Of a DNA stretch of 64,000 bases, positions 40,076-53,778 are shown piece after piece; the stretch's first letter is position 1, and each line of letters begins with the position of its first letter. The stretch lies in NCBI GenBank assembly GCA_964016885.1, contig OZ024756.1:17918001-17982000 (forward strand). The letters run 5' to 3'. Below the pieces are notes generated by a model that saw only the letters and a list, made by a program, of their open reading frames with translations, had not been told where the DNA came from and did not search any database. The DNA comes from Eledone cirrhosa (Eukaryota). Position numbers and translations under genes: made by a program.

Positions 40076-41314
40076 AAAGAAATTCCTGAATCTGCTTATC
40101 ATATTTACTGCTGTACTATATTTTATTCTATTACATGTGTTTCTGTTGTTTTCTTTTTTCATTCCATCCCCAACCCTTTTATTTTAAATATTAATTCATC
40201 ATCAGAAGCTTTTGTTATATTTTGTGAAACAAAAGAAGTTATTTGTTACAATAAACCTTCCGAGGAATTTTAATTCTTCAACCGTCCTTCGCTCGAGTTT
40301 GTAGTAAGAGATCCATTTGAAAAGCAAAACAAAACGGAAAAAAATATATATATAAAAACAAACAAAATGGATCCTTTGGAATGTTCAGTTTTTTTTTTAC
40401 AACTTTTTATATTCAGAATTTTTATTAAATAAAGTGAATAATATATATAAATATGTATCTTGTGTTATTTTTGTTAGTCACTATTATTAGTAACATATTG
40501 ACTACAAAAGATTTCTCTCTATGTACAAAAGAACGAGTATGATGCCTGCGTGTAAAGTGCATTGCTACATGGTAGTGATATATGGGCAGTAACTGCAGAG
40601 GATATGTGTAGACTGGAGAGAAATGAAGCAACCATGCTTCAGTTTCATTGGATGTGAAATGTAAGTGTGAGAAAAAATGCAGAGCTTGCATGAGCTGAGG
40701 GAAAAGCTGGGTTTAAGAGGAATCCAAAGTGGTGTGCAGGAGAGAAGACTGCATTGGTACGGATATGGGATGTGCATGGAGGATGATCGTTGGGTGAAGA
40801 AGTGGAAGGAAGACCAAGAAAGAGGTGGTGAGAGCTGACCTCATTGCTGAGACTCAGAAATGACGAAGGAATTCAACGAGTGGAGAGATGCCGTGCTGAG
40901 AAGGACCTGTCCTACCCATGCAAGCATGGAAAAGCTGAATGTAAAAACGATGATGTAGTATGTGTATATAAATTTTGATTTATTCCCATGTGTAATATTG
41001 TGTATTTATATCAAATGTTTTTGTTTCTTTTCTTACTTTCGTTTATCTTCTGATGAAGGACTAACATCCAAAACCTTGAGACTCTTTACCTTATATATCA
41101 AGCAACGTAACCTTACATACCATGTAAACGTGAGATTACAAATAAAATTACAAATTCCAAGTAAAATTACAAATAATTTATCCTTGTTGACATTTCGCAT
41201 ATATACCCTTGCAAGCAGGGAAGAGCGGGCGTAAAATGATGATGATGATGTATATATATATATATACCGTCTAACACATGCTAGCGTGGAAGATAGACAT
41301 TAAACGATATATAT

Positions 41315-41658
41315 ATATTGTTATACTTTGAGAGGGTCATGTTGCCAATAAGAAACACAGGCACCAGTGCTTTCACTCCAATTTATTATAAATTAAATTT
41401 ATAAATTTACGGTTGGTCGGTTGTTCATATATTGTCAAAGTTCTTTCGTCACACATTCAGTGACTGGGGATTCTTCTCTGAAGAGGTCACAGAATGTGTG
41501 ATGAAAGAACTTTGACAATATATAAACAACCGTCCGGTTGTGAAACCAACCAACCAGCCAGAAATTTATAAATTCTTTAATTTATAATAGATTGGAGTGA
41601 AAGCAACTGGTGCGTGTGTTTCCTATTGGCAACATGACCCTCCCAAAGTATAACAATA
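41315..41658. repeat. Imperfect inverted repeat with decayed CTGAAGA..GAAA core
   Basis: ATTGTTATACTTTGAGAGGGTCATGTTGCCAATA ... TATTGGCAACATGACCCTCCCAAAGTATAACAAT. Confidence 0.8.
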
Positions 41659-42807
41659 TCGGTTTCAACACACGTTTTCAGATAAAGAATCTTGCTAAAC
41701 AAATTCAGAAACGATATATATATATATACAGTGAACCCCCGGCATTCGCGGTCTCGGGTATTTGTAGAATTTTCCGTAGAACCTAACAAATAATTGTTCA
41801 TGGAAACCACCACATATTCGCAGAATCGTAAATATCTTCTGCGATTTTTTTATGGCTTTTTTCGTGGTAATATATAATTTTTTACTGCTAAATTATTAGC
41901 AACAATATACCGTATTTGCAGGCCTATTGGACGCCCCTTCACATAAGACGCTTCTTCTTTTTCTATTATATTTTGACGTTTATAGGCATTTTTATGGACC
42001 ACGTCCAATATTCGCAGTTTTTCTATATTTACTATTGTATTTTTGTGGTAAAGGCTTTATCTTACATAATTATCTCACATAATGTCGAATCTACGAGATT
42101 TTGATGATATTTATTTTGAGAACTATACCTGCTGACGTCCGCTTCCCCGTATGCCTTTAGTATGGGCCGTCCGGTGGTGTCCATGAGGAGAGTGTGCACC
42201 TTCTCTGGTGTCTGCACATTATGATAATCTCCGATTTCAGCTTGACCGCATCATCCGTTAATCTCACTATCTCCATGGCCTCGGATAAGCATAGCCTACA
42301 CTTCCTCTCTCCAGCTGAATATGCATTTGCATGTTGAGCGATACTCCAGTTGAGATCATACGGCCAATGTGTACCTTTATATACTTTTCTTATATATTTC
42401 TTATATATTTTTTATGTGTATATATAATATATGTAAGAGTATATGTGTGAGTGTGCGTGTATGTATGTACACACGTGTAGAGGGGGAAACTATGTAAATG
42501 TATATATATATATATTTAAAGGTTAAACAAGGTTCAATGGATAAATCAAAGAATGAGTTTTACAATAGATTGGAAGCACTCAACAATCATGGTTTTCCGG
42601 AGTTATTAATATTAATTCAAAATATTAACAAAAATAGACATTCTTGTGATCAAGTATATTTTATTATACATATTTCAGAGGTACTGAGCTAACTACAACA
42701 GTACGTCCTCATCAGATAAAATAAGATGATGTATGACATACCCTGACACAGTAGATGGTTAAGATTCAGTCATGGTAGTGAGTAAGATATGACAAAACTC
42801 AATATAG

Positions 42808-42845
<38 letters not shown>

Positions 42846-42893
42846 TTTATATATATATATTTTTCTTCCTAATAATCGTCTCTTTCTCCCTGT

Positions 42894-42949
<56 letters not shown>

Positions 42950-42956
42950 GTATGTA

Positions 42957-43350
42957 TAGTATAAAGAAACGAAAAATCAGTGATGCATCTGGACTCAAAT
43001 TTATTGCATGTTACAATTGTTTCGCCGGCAGGTAGCTCTAGACATGATCACTATATGGATCCGGCTGATTATATCACTTTATGGATTCTGAGCAAATTAT
43101 ATCACTAGTGATATAATTTGATCCGAACGAATTACCCGTGTCTGAAGGAACTTGCAGCCGTAGAATCAGCCGGATCCATATAGTGATCATGTCTAGAGCT
43201 ACCTGCCGGCGAAACAATTGTAACACGCAATAAATTTGAGTCCAGATGCATCACTGATTTTTCCTTTCTTTATACTATCTACACTCTACTCTGTATGAAT
43301 ATTGAGTGCTAATTTTGGCATACCGCCTATGGAAGCACCATAGCTACCAT
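42957..43350. repeat. Inverted repeat (about 110-bp arms), PLE-like; same family as 36350-36602
   Basis: Arms at about 42957-43070 and 43165-43277. Shares the tail GGCATACCGCCTATGGAAGCA..TAGCTACCAT with 36570-36602. Confidence 0.8.
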
Positions 43351-43374
43351 TATATATGGTGTGTATATGTATAT

Positions 43375-44025
43375 ATCGTGGTCATGGTAAGATTAAAGTG
43401 TTGATAAATAGAAAAGAGGAGAAAACTCTAATTCCATCAGGGAAATGGCTATGTTCGATATGTAGAAAAGGAGTTGGCATAAAATCTATAGAATATACAC
43501 AATGCAGAACTTGGGTATACAAGAGATGTAGTGAGATAGCAGGCAAACTAACAGGAAGGGAAAACTACATAAGGTAGGATCTATAGAGATGGTTGATTGC
43601 CTCCGGTACCTAGGTGATCAGATTAGCAAGGGAGGAGGATGCTCCAAGGCCATAGTATCTAGAATAAGAACAGGATGAAAAAAGTTTAAGGAGCAGTTTC
43701 CTCTGTTGCCAACGAAGGGTTTCTCCCTGTGAACGAAAGGCCAGTTATATGATGCCTGTGTGAGATGTGCAATGCTGCATGGTAGTGAGACATGGGCACC
43801 AACTGCAGAGAATATGTGATGGCTGGAGAGAAATGAAGTAAGCATGCTCCGATGGATGTGCAATGTCAATGTGCATGAATTACCAAGCATAGATGAGTTG
43901 AGAGTGGAACTGCATATAAACTGTAGTGTTCGGGAGAGAAACTGTGTTGGTATGGACAGGTGATGCGCATGGAAGATGACCGCTGGGTGAAGAAGTGCCA
44001 AGAAATTCCAGTGGAAGGAAGACCA
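43375..44025 (+). mobile_element. RTE LINE fragment (another at about 40495-40955)
   Basis: KWLCSICRKGVG.. followed by YLGD..RIRTG..LHGSETW and RTE C-terminal motifs. Decayed. Confidence 0.75.
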
Positions 44026-45078
44026 CGAAGTAAAGGTAAAATGAAATCCTAAACTTCGTGAAATTCCGGTAAAAGTATTTGTGTTGTCTTAGCAGACGAT
44101 AGTTACGCGAGCGTGCGTGTGTGTATATATAAATATACCTGTGAATATATGTGTATATTTATGTATGCATGTATGTATATATAAATTATTACAAAAATGT
44201 TTATCTAATATCGCGTTTAATACTTCATATTGTGTCGTCTGGTTATATTTCATTTAATCACACCATAACACTTAACGCACTCCCCTTCATTTACTTTCTC
44301 TCTCTCTCTTTCCCCTCTCACACAGATCCGTCTTTCTCTCTCTCTTCTTGCCAGTCCATTCTCTCACACAACATTTTCTGTCTCTCTCTCTCTGTCGCTG
44401 TTTCCCTCCTATAGTCACTCTCTCTCTCTCCCGTTCTTTTTGTTTTCCCCTCTCTTACTCTGCATTTTCTATTTCCCTCTCCTTCTCTCTTTCATTCTCA
44501 AATCCTTCTTCCTCCCCCACCCTTTCGTTCCCCCTCCCCCTCTCTCATTGTCCTTCCTTTCCCTCTCTCTGCCTTACCTCTTATTCACTCAACATTCCAC
44601 TCTCTCTTTCTCTCTCTGCAGCTCCTCTACCTTTCTCTCTCTCTCTCACTCTTTCTTCACATCTGACACCCTCCTACCACCACACTATCTTCTTTCTCTC
44701 TCGCCAACCAAACCTAAACACTCTCACCTCTCCTCTTCACTTCTCCGTTCTCTCTCCTGGAATAAAATTGCGGGTGTGCAAAATCAAATCAATTTTACAG
44801 TCAAGGGGGAAGCAAATCTGTAAATATACAGAACGACACCAAGTCCCTACTTGGGCGCTCTACCAGGTAAACATATCTCGACCAAAATAAATAAATTAAT
44901 AAAACCCGACAATAAAACATCAAATGTATTCGCCATAATTATATTCACAACTTTATAATAAAATATTGATAAGGAAAAATAAGGAAAATTAACGAAGTAA
45001 AGGTAAAATGAAATCCTAAACTTCGTGAAATTCCGTTAAAAGTATTAGTGTTGTCTTAGCAGACGATATTTATATGTC

Positions 45079-45137
<59 letters not shown>

Positions 45138-45285
45138 ATATGCCTGTGAATATATGTGTATATATTATGTATATAAATTATTACAAAAATGTTTATCTAA
45201 TATCGCGTTTAATACTTCATATTGTGTCGTCTGGTTATATTCCATTTAATCACAACTTAACTCTGAACGCACTCCCCTTCATTTA

Positions 45286-45317
<32 letters not shown>

Positions 45318-45530
45318 CTATCTCTCTCTCCCCTCTCACACAGATCCGTCTTTCTCTCTCTCTTCTTGCCACTCCATTCTCTCACACAACATTTTCTCTG
45401 TCTATCTCTCTCTCTCTCTATCTATCTATCTCTCTCTCTCTGTCGCTGTTTCTCTCCTACCGTCACTCTCCCTTGCGGGTGTTCAAAATCAAATCAATTT
45501 TACAGACAAGGGGGAAGTAAATCTGTAAAC
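44026..45530 (+). repeat. Direct duplication immediately upstream of copy 2 (44026-44825 / 44993-45530)
   Basis: Both units start CGAAGTAAAGGTAAAATGAAATCC and run to AAATCTGTAAA. Confidence 0.85.
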
Positions 45531-45636
45531 ATTTTTAACGCACACTTATCTTTCAGATATATTTCCACTTTTCCACTCAACCTCTTACCTCGCTGGTTCA
45601 ACAAACATTTATTAAGACGGATTAATCAAAACGAAA

Positions 45637-45685
45637 ATGAACTTTCCAACGGATATTTACCTATTTCTAACGATCTTGCTGACAA
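45637..45685 (+). CDS. Copy 2 exon 1, signal peptide
   Basis: Identical to 1701-1749, including the GTAAGT donor. Confidence 0.8.
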
Positions 45686-47063
45686 GTAAGTATCTTTTTA
45701 AATTAACAACATAATTGTTCTCTCTCTTTTCCAATTTAAAATGTATTTCTCTCTCGTCCTATGCATCTACTTATCTGTTTATTTATCTCTCCGTCTATAT
45801 ATCATCTATCTTTCTAGCTATATATGTGTATACGTGTGTCAACAAAGGTTAGAGACGAAAGTGCATATATAGCTTTCTCTTTATAACTATGAGTATATAT
45901 ATATATAATTATATAGAGAGATAGAAATATATATATAGAGAGAGAGAAAGAAAGAAGTATATTATATATATATATTTACACGGACACATACCTGTGTGTC
46001 TCATCAACCACTCACTCATACACCACACCTTCAAACACACACACAGAGACATTACTATTTTGCGGTCATGTTATCTCTCTCCACTTCTGACCCATAAAAT
46101 TAGGACATGATAGCAACCTGTTGATAATTTAAGATAATTTTTTTTTTCTTTTTCTTACACCTATCTGTATCTACTACCTTATCTAGGGAACTAATTTGTT
46201 ACACCTTTACTGTACCTACTACCTTCTTTAGGAACCAAATTTGTTACACCAGTCCTGTATCTATTACCTTCTTTAGGGACCAAATTGCTATACCTGATCT
46301 TATCTATTACCTTCTTTAGGTACCAAATTTGTTACACCTGGCCTATATCTATTACCTTCTTTAGGGACCAAATTTGTTACACCTGGCCTATATCTATTAC
46401 CTTCTCTAGGGGCCTAATTTGTTTCACCTGGCCTAATCTGAGTGAGTGTTGAGTTGTTTTGTTGTTTGTACATCTGCTCTGGGTCTTTTTTGGAGTGAGG
46501 GATTACGTATATAAAACACCTTTTCAATGTGTGTTGCATTGGTATGGACATGTGATGCGTATGAAGGATGACAGCTGCATAAAAAGGTGCACAGCACTAA
46601 AAGTCGATGGAAGCCTTGGAGTGGGGAGACCCAAGAAGACCTGGGACGAGGTGATAAAAGCTGACCTTGCCCAATTGCACCTCTCAAAGTTGATGACACA
46701 TGACCGAGACCTCTGGCGTTACGCAATAATACAGATCCCCGACTTCCCATGGGTCCAAGCCGAAGCTGAAGCATATAGACAATATGCCCCCACCCCCTCC
46801 CACTGCAAAGTGGTCGTGGAGGTGTCACGACAAAAAAAGCACCCAGTTCACACTGTAAAGTGGTCGTGGAGGCGCCGCGGTAAAAAGCACCCAGTACTCA
46901 CTGTAAAATGAGGTTGGTGTTAGGAAGGGCTGTAGAAATCAAGCCAAAATCCATTCCCCTATGAGCAAGACATGGTACCCCGACCTGGCATTACCCACAA
47001 CAGGACAACCCGTCTAACCCATGCTAGCATGAAAGAATGGACGTAAAACGGTGATGTTGATGA

Positions 47064-47123
<60 letters not shown>

Positions 47124-49652
47124 TATCAGTGTATCCTGGCGTTGCACGGGTAAGTGTATTGGTAATAGCACCTCCAATGAGAAATGTTTATTTGTGAGTG
47201 CCTGTTAAAAAACTCACGAAAATATATCGAGAGGAAACTTATTTTATTTGGAGAAAATTAAGAAGTTGAAAGTACAGTTTAACTGTCTACGTGCATTGTT
47301 CATAGAAATATTGTTGAGCCCCTTCTTTTCATACTCCTCTGTTTTGGTCTTTTGGAGTAAATGTGAAAGAGAAAGTCAGAGGTTAAGTTGGCAGAAGGTT
47401 CCTGTGTCATAGCAGTAATGCGTAGGCTACTTACCTCAAAAGTTCATTCGCACTCTTTCCACTAAGTTACTCTTTCTCTCTATCCCTCTTGGTGCAGTCC
47501 CTTGCGAATTTCTCGCGTAGGCTTGGTGTAGATTTGCACCCGATCTATCTACCCGATGCACATGTCGACTTTGTATAGCTTTTGGAGGAAGGAGTGACCA
47601 GCAGTACGTTGTTCGGTATTATATCGGGAGGAAACTGCTTACCTCGAAGATTCATTCGCCATCGTGCTTGTCAATGTTCCGTTAACTTGGTATTTGTTCG
47701 TCTACAGTTAGATGAATGGTGCACAAAGGGTTAATGTTTATTGGCAAGAAATTTTTTTAATAATAAAAGACGGGTTAAAGCGACCTACAATGTATATATA
47801 TTTGTTTAGGGTGACTGGGGAGATGGATGAGTAATAGTCGTTAATATCAAACTGTATGAAATTGGATGTTTCCTTATTGTCTATTCTGTTAAACCAATCG
47901 ATTGCTTCGCTAGTGTTACCCCATAGTTTAATTTCTAGTTTGTCTTTGATCTGCGCTATTACTCTATCTAGTATATACTTGCTAATTCTACCTATATCTG
48001 ATTTCGATGGGGATATTAGTCTAATTAGAGGGTCTGTTTCTAAATTATTTTTGTGATCTTTTAGGTTAAAAGTGGGGCTACAAGGGGTTAGAGGCTCGGT
48101 TCTATCAGACAGTTTCAGTTTTTTTCACGATGTTAAGTCCTTCATTGTTAATGTCAGTGAGTGTAGCTTCGGTAGTTTTCCTGTATTTCTTGTATAGTTC
48201 ACGGCGTATAAAGTTGTTGTATGTGTCAAGGTTCATGGTGTACACATTCCATGTTTTGTATGCTTTTACTATAATTCCGTTAGTGTTGTGTAGTTTTTTC
48301 AACAGTGCATTGATGTCATTTTGCAGTTTGTTGTAACCTGTACGTTTTTTAACTTAGTTCCGCTTATCATGTTCATGAGGTCGAATTCGAAGGCATCAAG
48401 TTGGGGGTTACTTGGTGGGTTTTTGCAGGATTTGAATCTATATTTTTCTCTAGTAAATTCCTCAGTATTATTTGTGTGTCCTTTGTCGTAATGATAGGCT
48501 GTCCATCGGATTCGACGGATGAAGTCATTAGTGCGCTGTATCATGCCGAGTGTATAATACCTGTTTGTAGGTATAGGTATGTTTTTTAAGGACATGCCTG
48601 TGGTGCTTTTCCATGTTGTTTGACTCAACAAGAAGTTTCCTTAGTCGGGTGGCCAGTCTAAGAAAGTTCCAGGCAGGTGGTTCTTGGAGTAATAATAGTA
48701 AAAGAATGAAGAATAACATGGTTGGCTTAACAAAAGGATTTATTTACAGTATTAACAATTGTTTCTTTAATCAGGTGAGTCTAAAAGCCGCTGATCGTTA
48801 GAAGTTACGTCACTCAACCTTAATTACAGTCCATACCTGATCAAATCATCAGAATACTGGTGTGTATATAACACAGGGCACTGGTATTTATAGATACTTC
48901 CGAGAATAACATAAATAAAAACAATAATAATAAGGTTACTGCTAATAATAGTAATGGTGGTAGTAGTTGTAGTTGTAATAGTGAGTAGACATATGCATAA
49001 ACTACACCTGATGTACCCCTTCCATACACATGCACACGTGTGTCTCATGACTCGTGCACTGTTCATTTTACTGATGTTTGTGCATTGCCCTATGTACTGT
49101 ACATGCACTTTTTGATGAGTTGTGGTGCACCTGGGCACTGTACACAATATTTCATTATTATTGTTATTATTATTATTATATCATGACTCATACATTGTTC
49201 ATTTTCCTGACATTTGTACATTATTCTATGTACTATACATGCACCTTTGATGAGTTTTAGTGCACCTGAGCACTGTACACATTAATTTCATTATTATTAT
49301 TCATAAAATAGTAATGACAGTAACAATAATAATTGTTTCTACTTTTGGCACAAGGCCAGCAATTAACCCAGTATATTACTGGTACTTTATTTTATCAACC
49401 CCGTAAGGATGAAAGGCAAAGTTAACCTTGGCGGGATTTGAACTCAGAATGGAAAGGGGCGTAACTCCATGCGTCAAAGCATGGCGTCCGACCCTCTAGC
49501 GATACTGCCAATCCACTGTCAGTAACAATAATAATAACATTTCAAAAATTTGGGGAGGACAAGATATGATAGGCGAAATACTGGTCATTAGTAGACTGGT
49601 GTATTGGCGCCATTCTAATATAGTGGATTAGATTCATGAATTGCCGAAATGA

Positions 49653-49697
<45 letters not shown>

Positions 49698-52600
49698 GTC
49701 GGCACCCCAACGGCTGAGCTCTTGCAGTTTCAAAAGCTAGTTCCAGAATGATATATATATATAAATATCCCTATGTAGTTGACAGAGAAAAGAGTACTCA
49801 ATACCAGAGGAGAGTTTAAATATTCATTTTATTATTCTTGTATGATGACCCTGTGAAAAACATGGAAAACTCCAGAGTAACATGATTCACTATTTAACCT
49901 TAATAAAATGAATATATATATATATAAACAAAGTTAACTCGAACATCAAGTTTGAGACGCGAGCATATTAGAATTCGTAGGAAAATGAGAAAATTCATCA
50001 TAAGAACGCTGTTGTAACAGCAAAATGCCATCAATGATGGTGTTGATTAAAATTTTTACCTCGAGGGATAGAAATCAGCGGCTAGAAGTGAGTTGGCTCG
50101 AAGAAGTGATAGAAAGAAAGAAGAAATGAATAAAATGGACAAGATGAGATCACAAGCATTTAAATACATTTATCAGCTTTCAGACCGCCTGTGGTTTCAA
50201 CAATTAACTAGAAGTACTGTGTAAGATAGTCAGCTCGTAACAACAGAGAGATAAATATTTCTGTTGGAATAATGTTTGTGTTAGGAGCAAATAGATTAGA
50301 GAGAGAAAAATAAAGTGCGTCCACACGGCATCAGGTCAGCGTAAGAAAGGAAGAACAATGGCTCATCACTTCTGCTTAAAGAGCCATTGATTCGTCCAAC
50401 AGAGGTTGCGAACTGAGCCCTGGCAGACACCTACCTAGATGCCAAATCTTTCATTTCACTCATTATTAACTGTCACCTTATTGCTGCTACCTTTATACAT
50501 GGCATGTACAGCTCTTACCTGCCATTCATGATAGTAACCACTGCAATACAGTGTGATGCTCTGCTAAAGGCCATCTCTGAATTGATAAAAGCCTGGTATA
50601 ATAATTGGCTCTTAACTCAGAACTTCTATAGTTATTTCCCCTAAATAGAGGGCATCGGTGGTACCTCATCCTGTCACAAACCTAAACTGTTAATCTAAGC
50701 TAATTCTATTCTTAATCATTTGTGCCATAACATTTTCTGCTATTTTCATAACCTGTTTGATCCATTTTGATGTTTTTGTTGGTCCTCTTCCCTCTCTCTC
50801 TCTCTCTCTCTCACTCTCTCTCTCTGCCCATTACCATGGTAGTAGTTAATGGTGACACTGTTATACACCTCAATGAGTATGATACCATCCTGAACTGTCT
50901 GGTAGACAATGTGACTCTTGCATGTTATACTTCTCAGTACTTAACAGTTTTGGTATTTTACAAAATATACATCACACCAACACTACCACTTTACAGAGTG
51001 TACTGGGTGTATTTTATGATGATACCAACACTACCACTTCACAGAGTGTACTGATTGTATTTTATCATGGCACCAGCACTACAGAGTGTACTGGGTGTAT
51101 TCTTACAGGGCACTAGCACTACCATTCTACGGAGTGTACTGGATATATTTTATGATGACACCAACATTACCATTTCACAGAGTGTACTGGATTATTTTAT
51201 CATGACATCAGCACTACCACCTTATAGAGTGTACTGGGTGTATTTTATCATGATACCAACACTACAGAGTGTACTAGGTGCATTTTATCATGTCACAAGC
51301 ACTACAGAGTGTGCTCAGTGTATTTTATCATGGCCCAAGCACTACCACTTTACAGAGTGTACTGGGTGTATTTTATCATGACATCAGCACGACCACTTTA
51401 CAGGGTGTACTGGGTGTATTTTATCATGATATCAGCACTACCGCTTTATAGATTGTACTGGGTGTATATTATCATGATAGCAACACTACAGAGTGTACTG
51501 GGTGTATATCATGGCATCAACACAACCACTTTACAGGATCTACAAGGTGTATTTTATTTATCATGGCCCCTGCACTATCACTTCACAGAGTTTACTAGGT
51601 GTGTTTTATCATGTCACCAGCACTACCACTTTACAGAGTCTACAAGGTGTATTTTATCATGGCACCAGCATTACAGAGTGTACAGGATGCATTTTATCAT
51701 GACACAAGCACTGCCACTTTACAGAGTGTACTGGGTGTATTTTATCATGGCACCAACACTACCACTTTACAGAGTGTACTGGGTGTATTTTATCATGGCA
51801 CCAACACTACCACTTTACAGAGTGTACTGGGTGTATTTTATCATGGCACCAACACTACCACTTCACAGAGTGTACTGAATGTATTTTATCATGGCACCAA
51901 CACTACAGAGTGTACTGGGTGTATTCTTACATGGAACTAGCACTACCATTAACATTTTCTAACATAATTTTATATAAGAACCTTACATTAAGTTACTATC
52001 TTAATAATCAAAAAATTAATCATTTTAGTAAGTCCCTCAAAATTCTTCATTAATTAATTAAAATAGAATGTATTTCATTAGAAATGCAGTTATAAAAAGG
52101 TTAAGGAGAAAAATAGCTTAGATGTGATGTAATTCAGTTTTATGTCAGGGCAGATTGTAACTGATGATCTTTCCCTTAGGAAACAACTACAGAAGTTCTT
52201 AGTGAAGAAAGAGCCACCATTGTGTGGCATTTACTGACCTGAAGAAGGTCTTTGACAGGGTTCTATGCTCAGAAGAGACAATGAAGGAATGCAACAAATG
52301 GCAGGGTACTGTAGTGGAGAAGACCCACCCAACCAATACAAGTATGGAGAACTCACTGAACCCATACAAGTATGGAAAACTCACCAAACCCATACAAGTA
52401 TGGAAAACTCACTGAAACCACACAAGTATGGAAAACTCACTAAACCCATACAAGTATGGAAAACTCACTAAACCCATACAAGTATGGAAAACTCACCAAA
52501 CCCATACAAGTATGGAAAATTCACTGAACCCATACAAGTATGGAAAACTCACCGAACACATACAAGTATGGAAAACTCACTGAAACCATACAAGTATGGA

Positions 52601-53741
52601 AAAGCCACCCAGCCAATGCAAGAATGAAAACCCACCGAACCAATGCAAGTACAGAAACCCACTTAACCCATGCAAGTATGGAAAAAATGGACTTTAATAT
52701 AACTATGATAATCATGGAACACAAATGATTTAATTAAATAAATTTTGTGGGTGGGAGGGTGCTTGTCTGCATGATTAAAAGATATGACTGTCAGAATACC
52801 ACCCAAACAGGTTGAGATGAGTGCTGGGCTATCAGTGCCTGGGGAGTTCATGTTTGTTTCTTAGCTGGTCTTGTCTCCTTATATTTACAATCCAGCTGTT
52901 TTAAGTGACAAATTAAACCCAGCCACTATGTTTTTAGCATTGTTATTAAAGTAACACAAGGCAGAGAGTATTTTTTTCTTTTTTGTGGGGGAAGGGTGAA
53001 AACTCTACACCCTTGGTTGAAGGGTGTCTTGCCCTCCATATAAGTGTGTGTGTATATGTATCTATATATATATGTGTGTGTATATATATATATCTATGTG
53101 TTTGTGTATATATATATATCATCATCATCACCGTTTTACATCCGTTCTTCCACGCTAGCATGGGCTAGATGGGTTATCCTGTTGGGGGCAGTGTCCAGTC
53201 GCCTGACCATGCCTTGCTCATACGGGAACTAATTTTGGCTTGATTTCTACAGCTGGATGCCCTTCCTAACACCAACATCATTTACAGTGAGTAGTGGGTG
53301 CTTTTTTCCGTGGCCCCTACACATCCACTTTACAGTGTGGGCTGGGTGCTTTTTTTGCCGTGGCACCTCCACAACCAGTGGAACGATAGGGACCCCAGTC
53401 CTATCATCTCATTTCTACAGCTGAGTAAACTGGAGCAATGTGAAATAAAGTGTCTTGCTCAAGGAAGCAACATATCACCTGGTCTGAGAATTGAACTCAC
53501 AACTTTTGATTGCAAGCCCAATGCTCTAACCACTAAGCCATGCGCCTTCAGAAATATTTCTGAAGACGGCGGGTAGGGAAGACGTATGTATATTTTCTTA
53601 CTTTGATAATTTGTAATATATTTTACATAGATCACTATTAGAATGAACATACAGAGAACTACCCCCCAGAAACAATTGTAAAATAATGAGTTTACTATGA
53701 ATTACCCGTATTTTGTTTAATTTCATTGTTTTCACTATTTG

Positions 53742-53778
<37 letters not shown>

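Noticed and set aside
41040-41090. CTGATGAAGGACT..CCAAAAC hammerhead-like motif (also 20325-20360 on the minus strand)
   Set aside because: The conserved GAAA is mutated to AAAA, so these are at most dead PLE relics.
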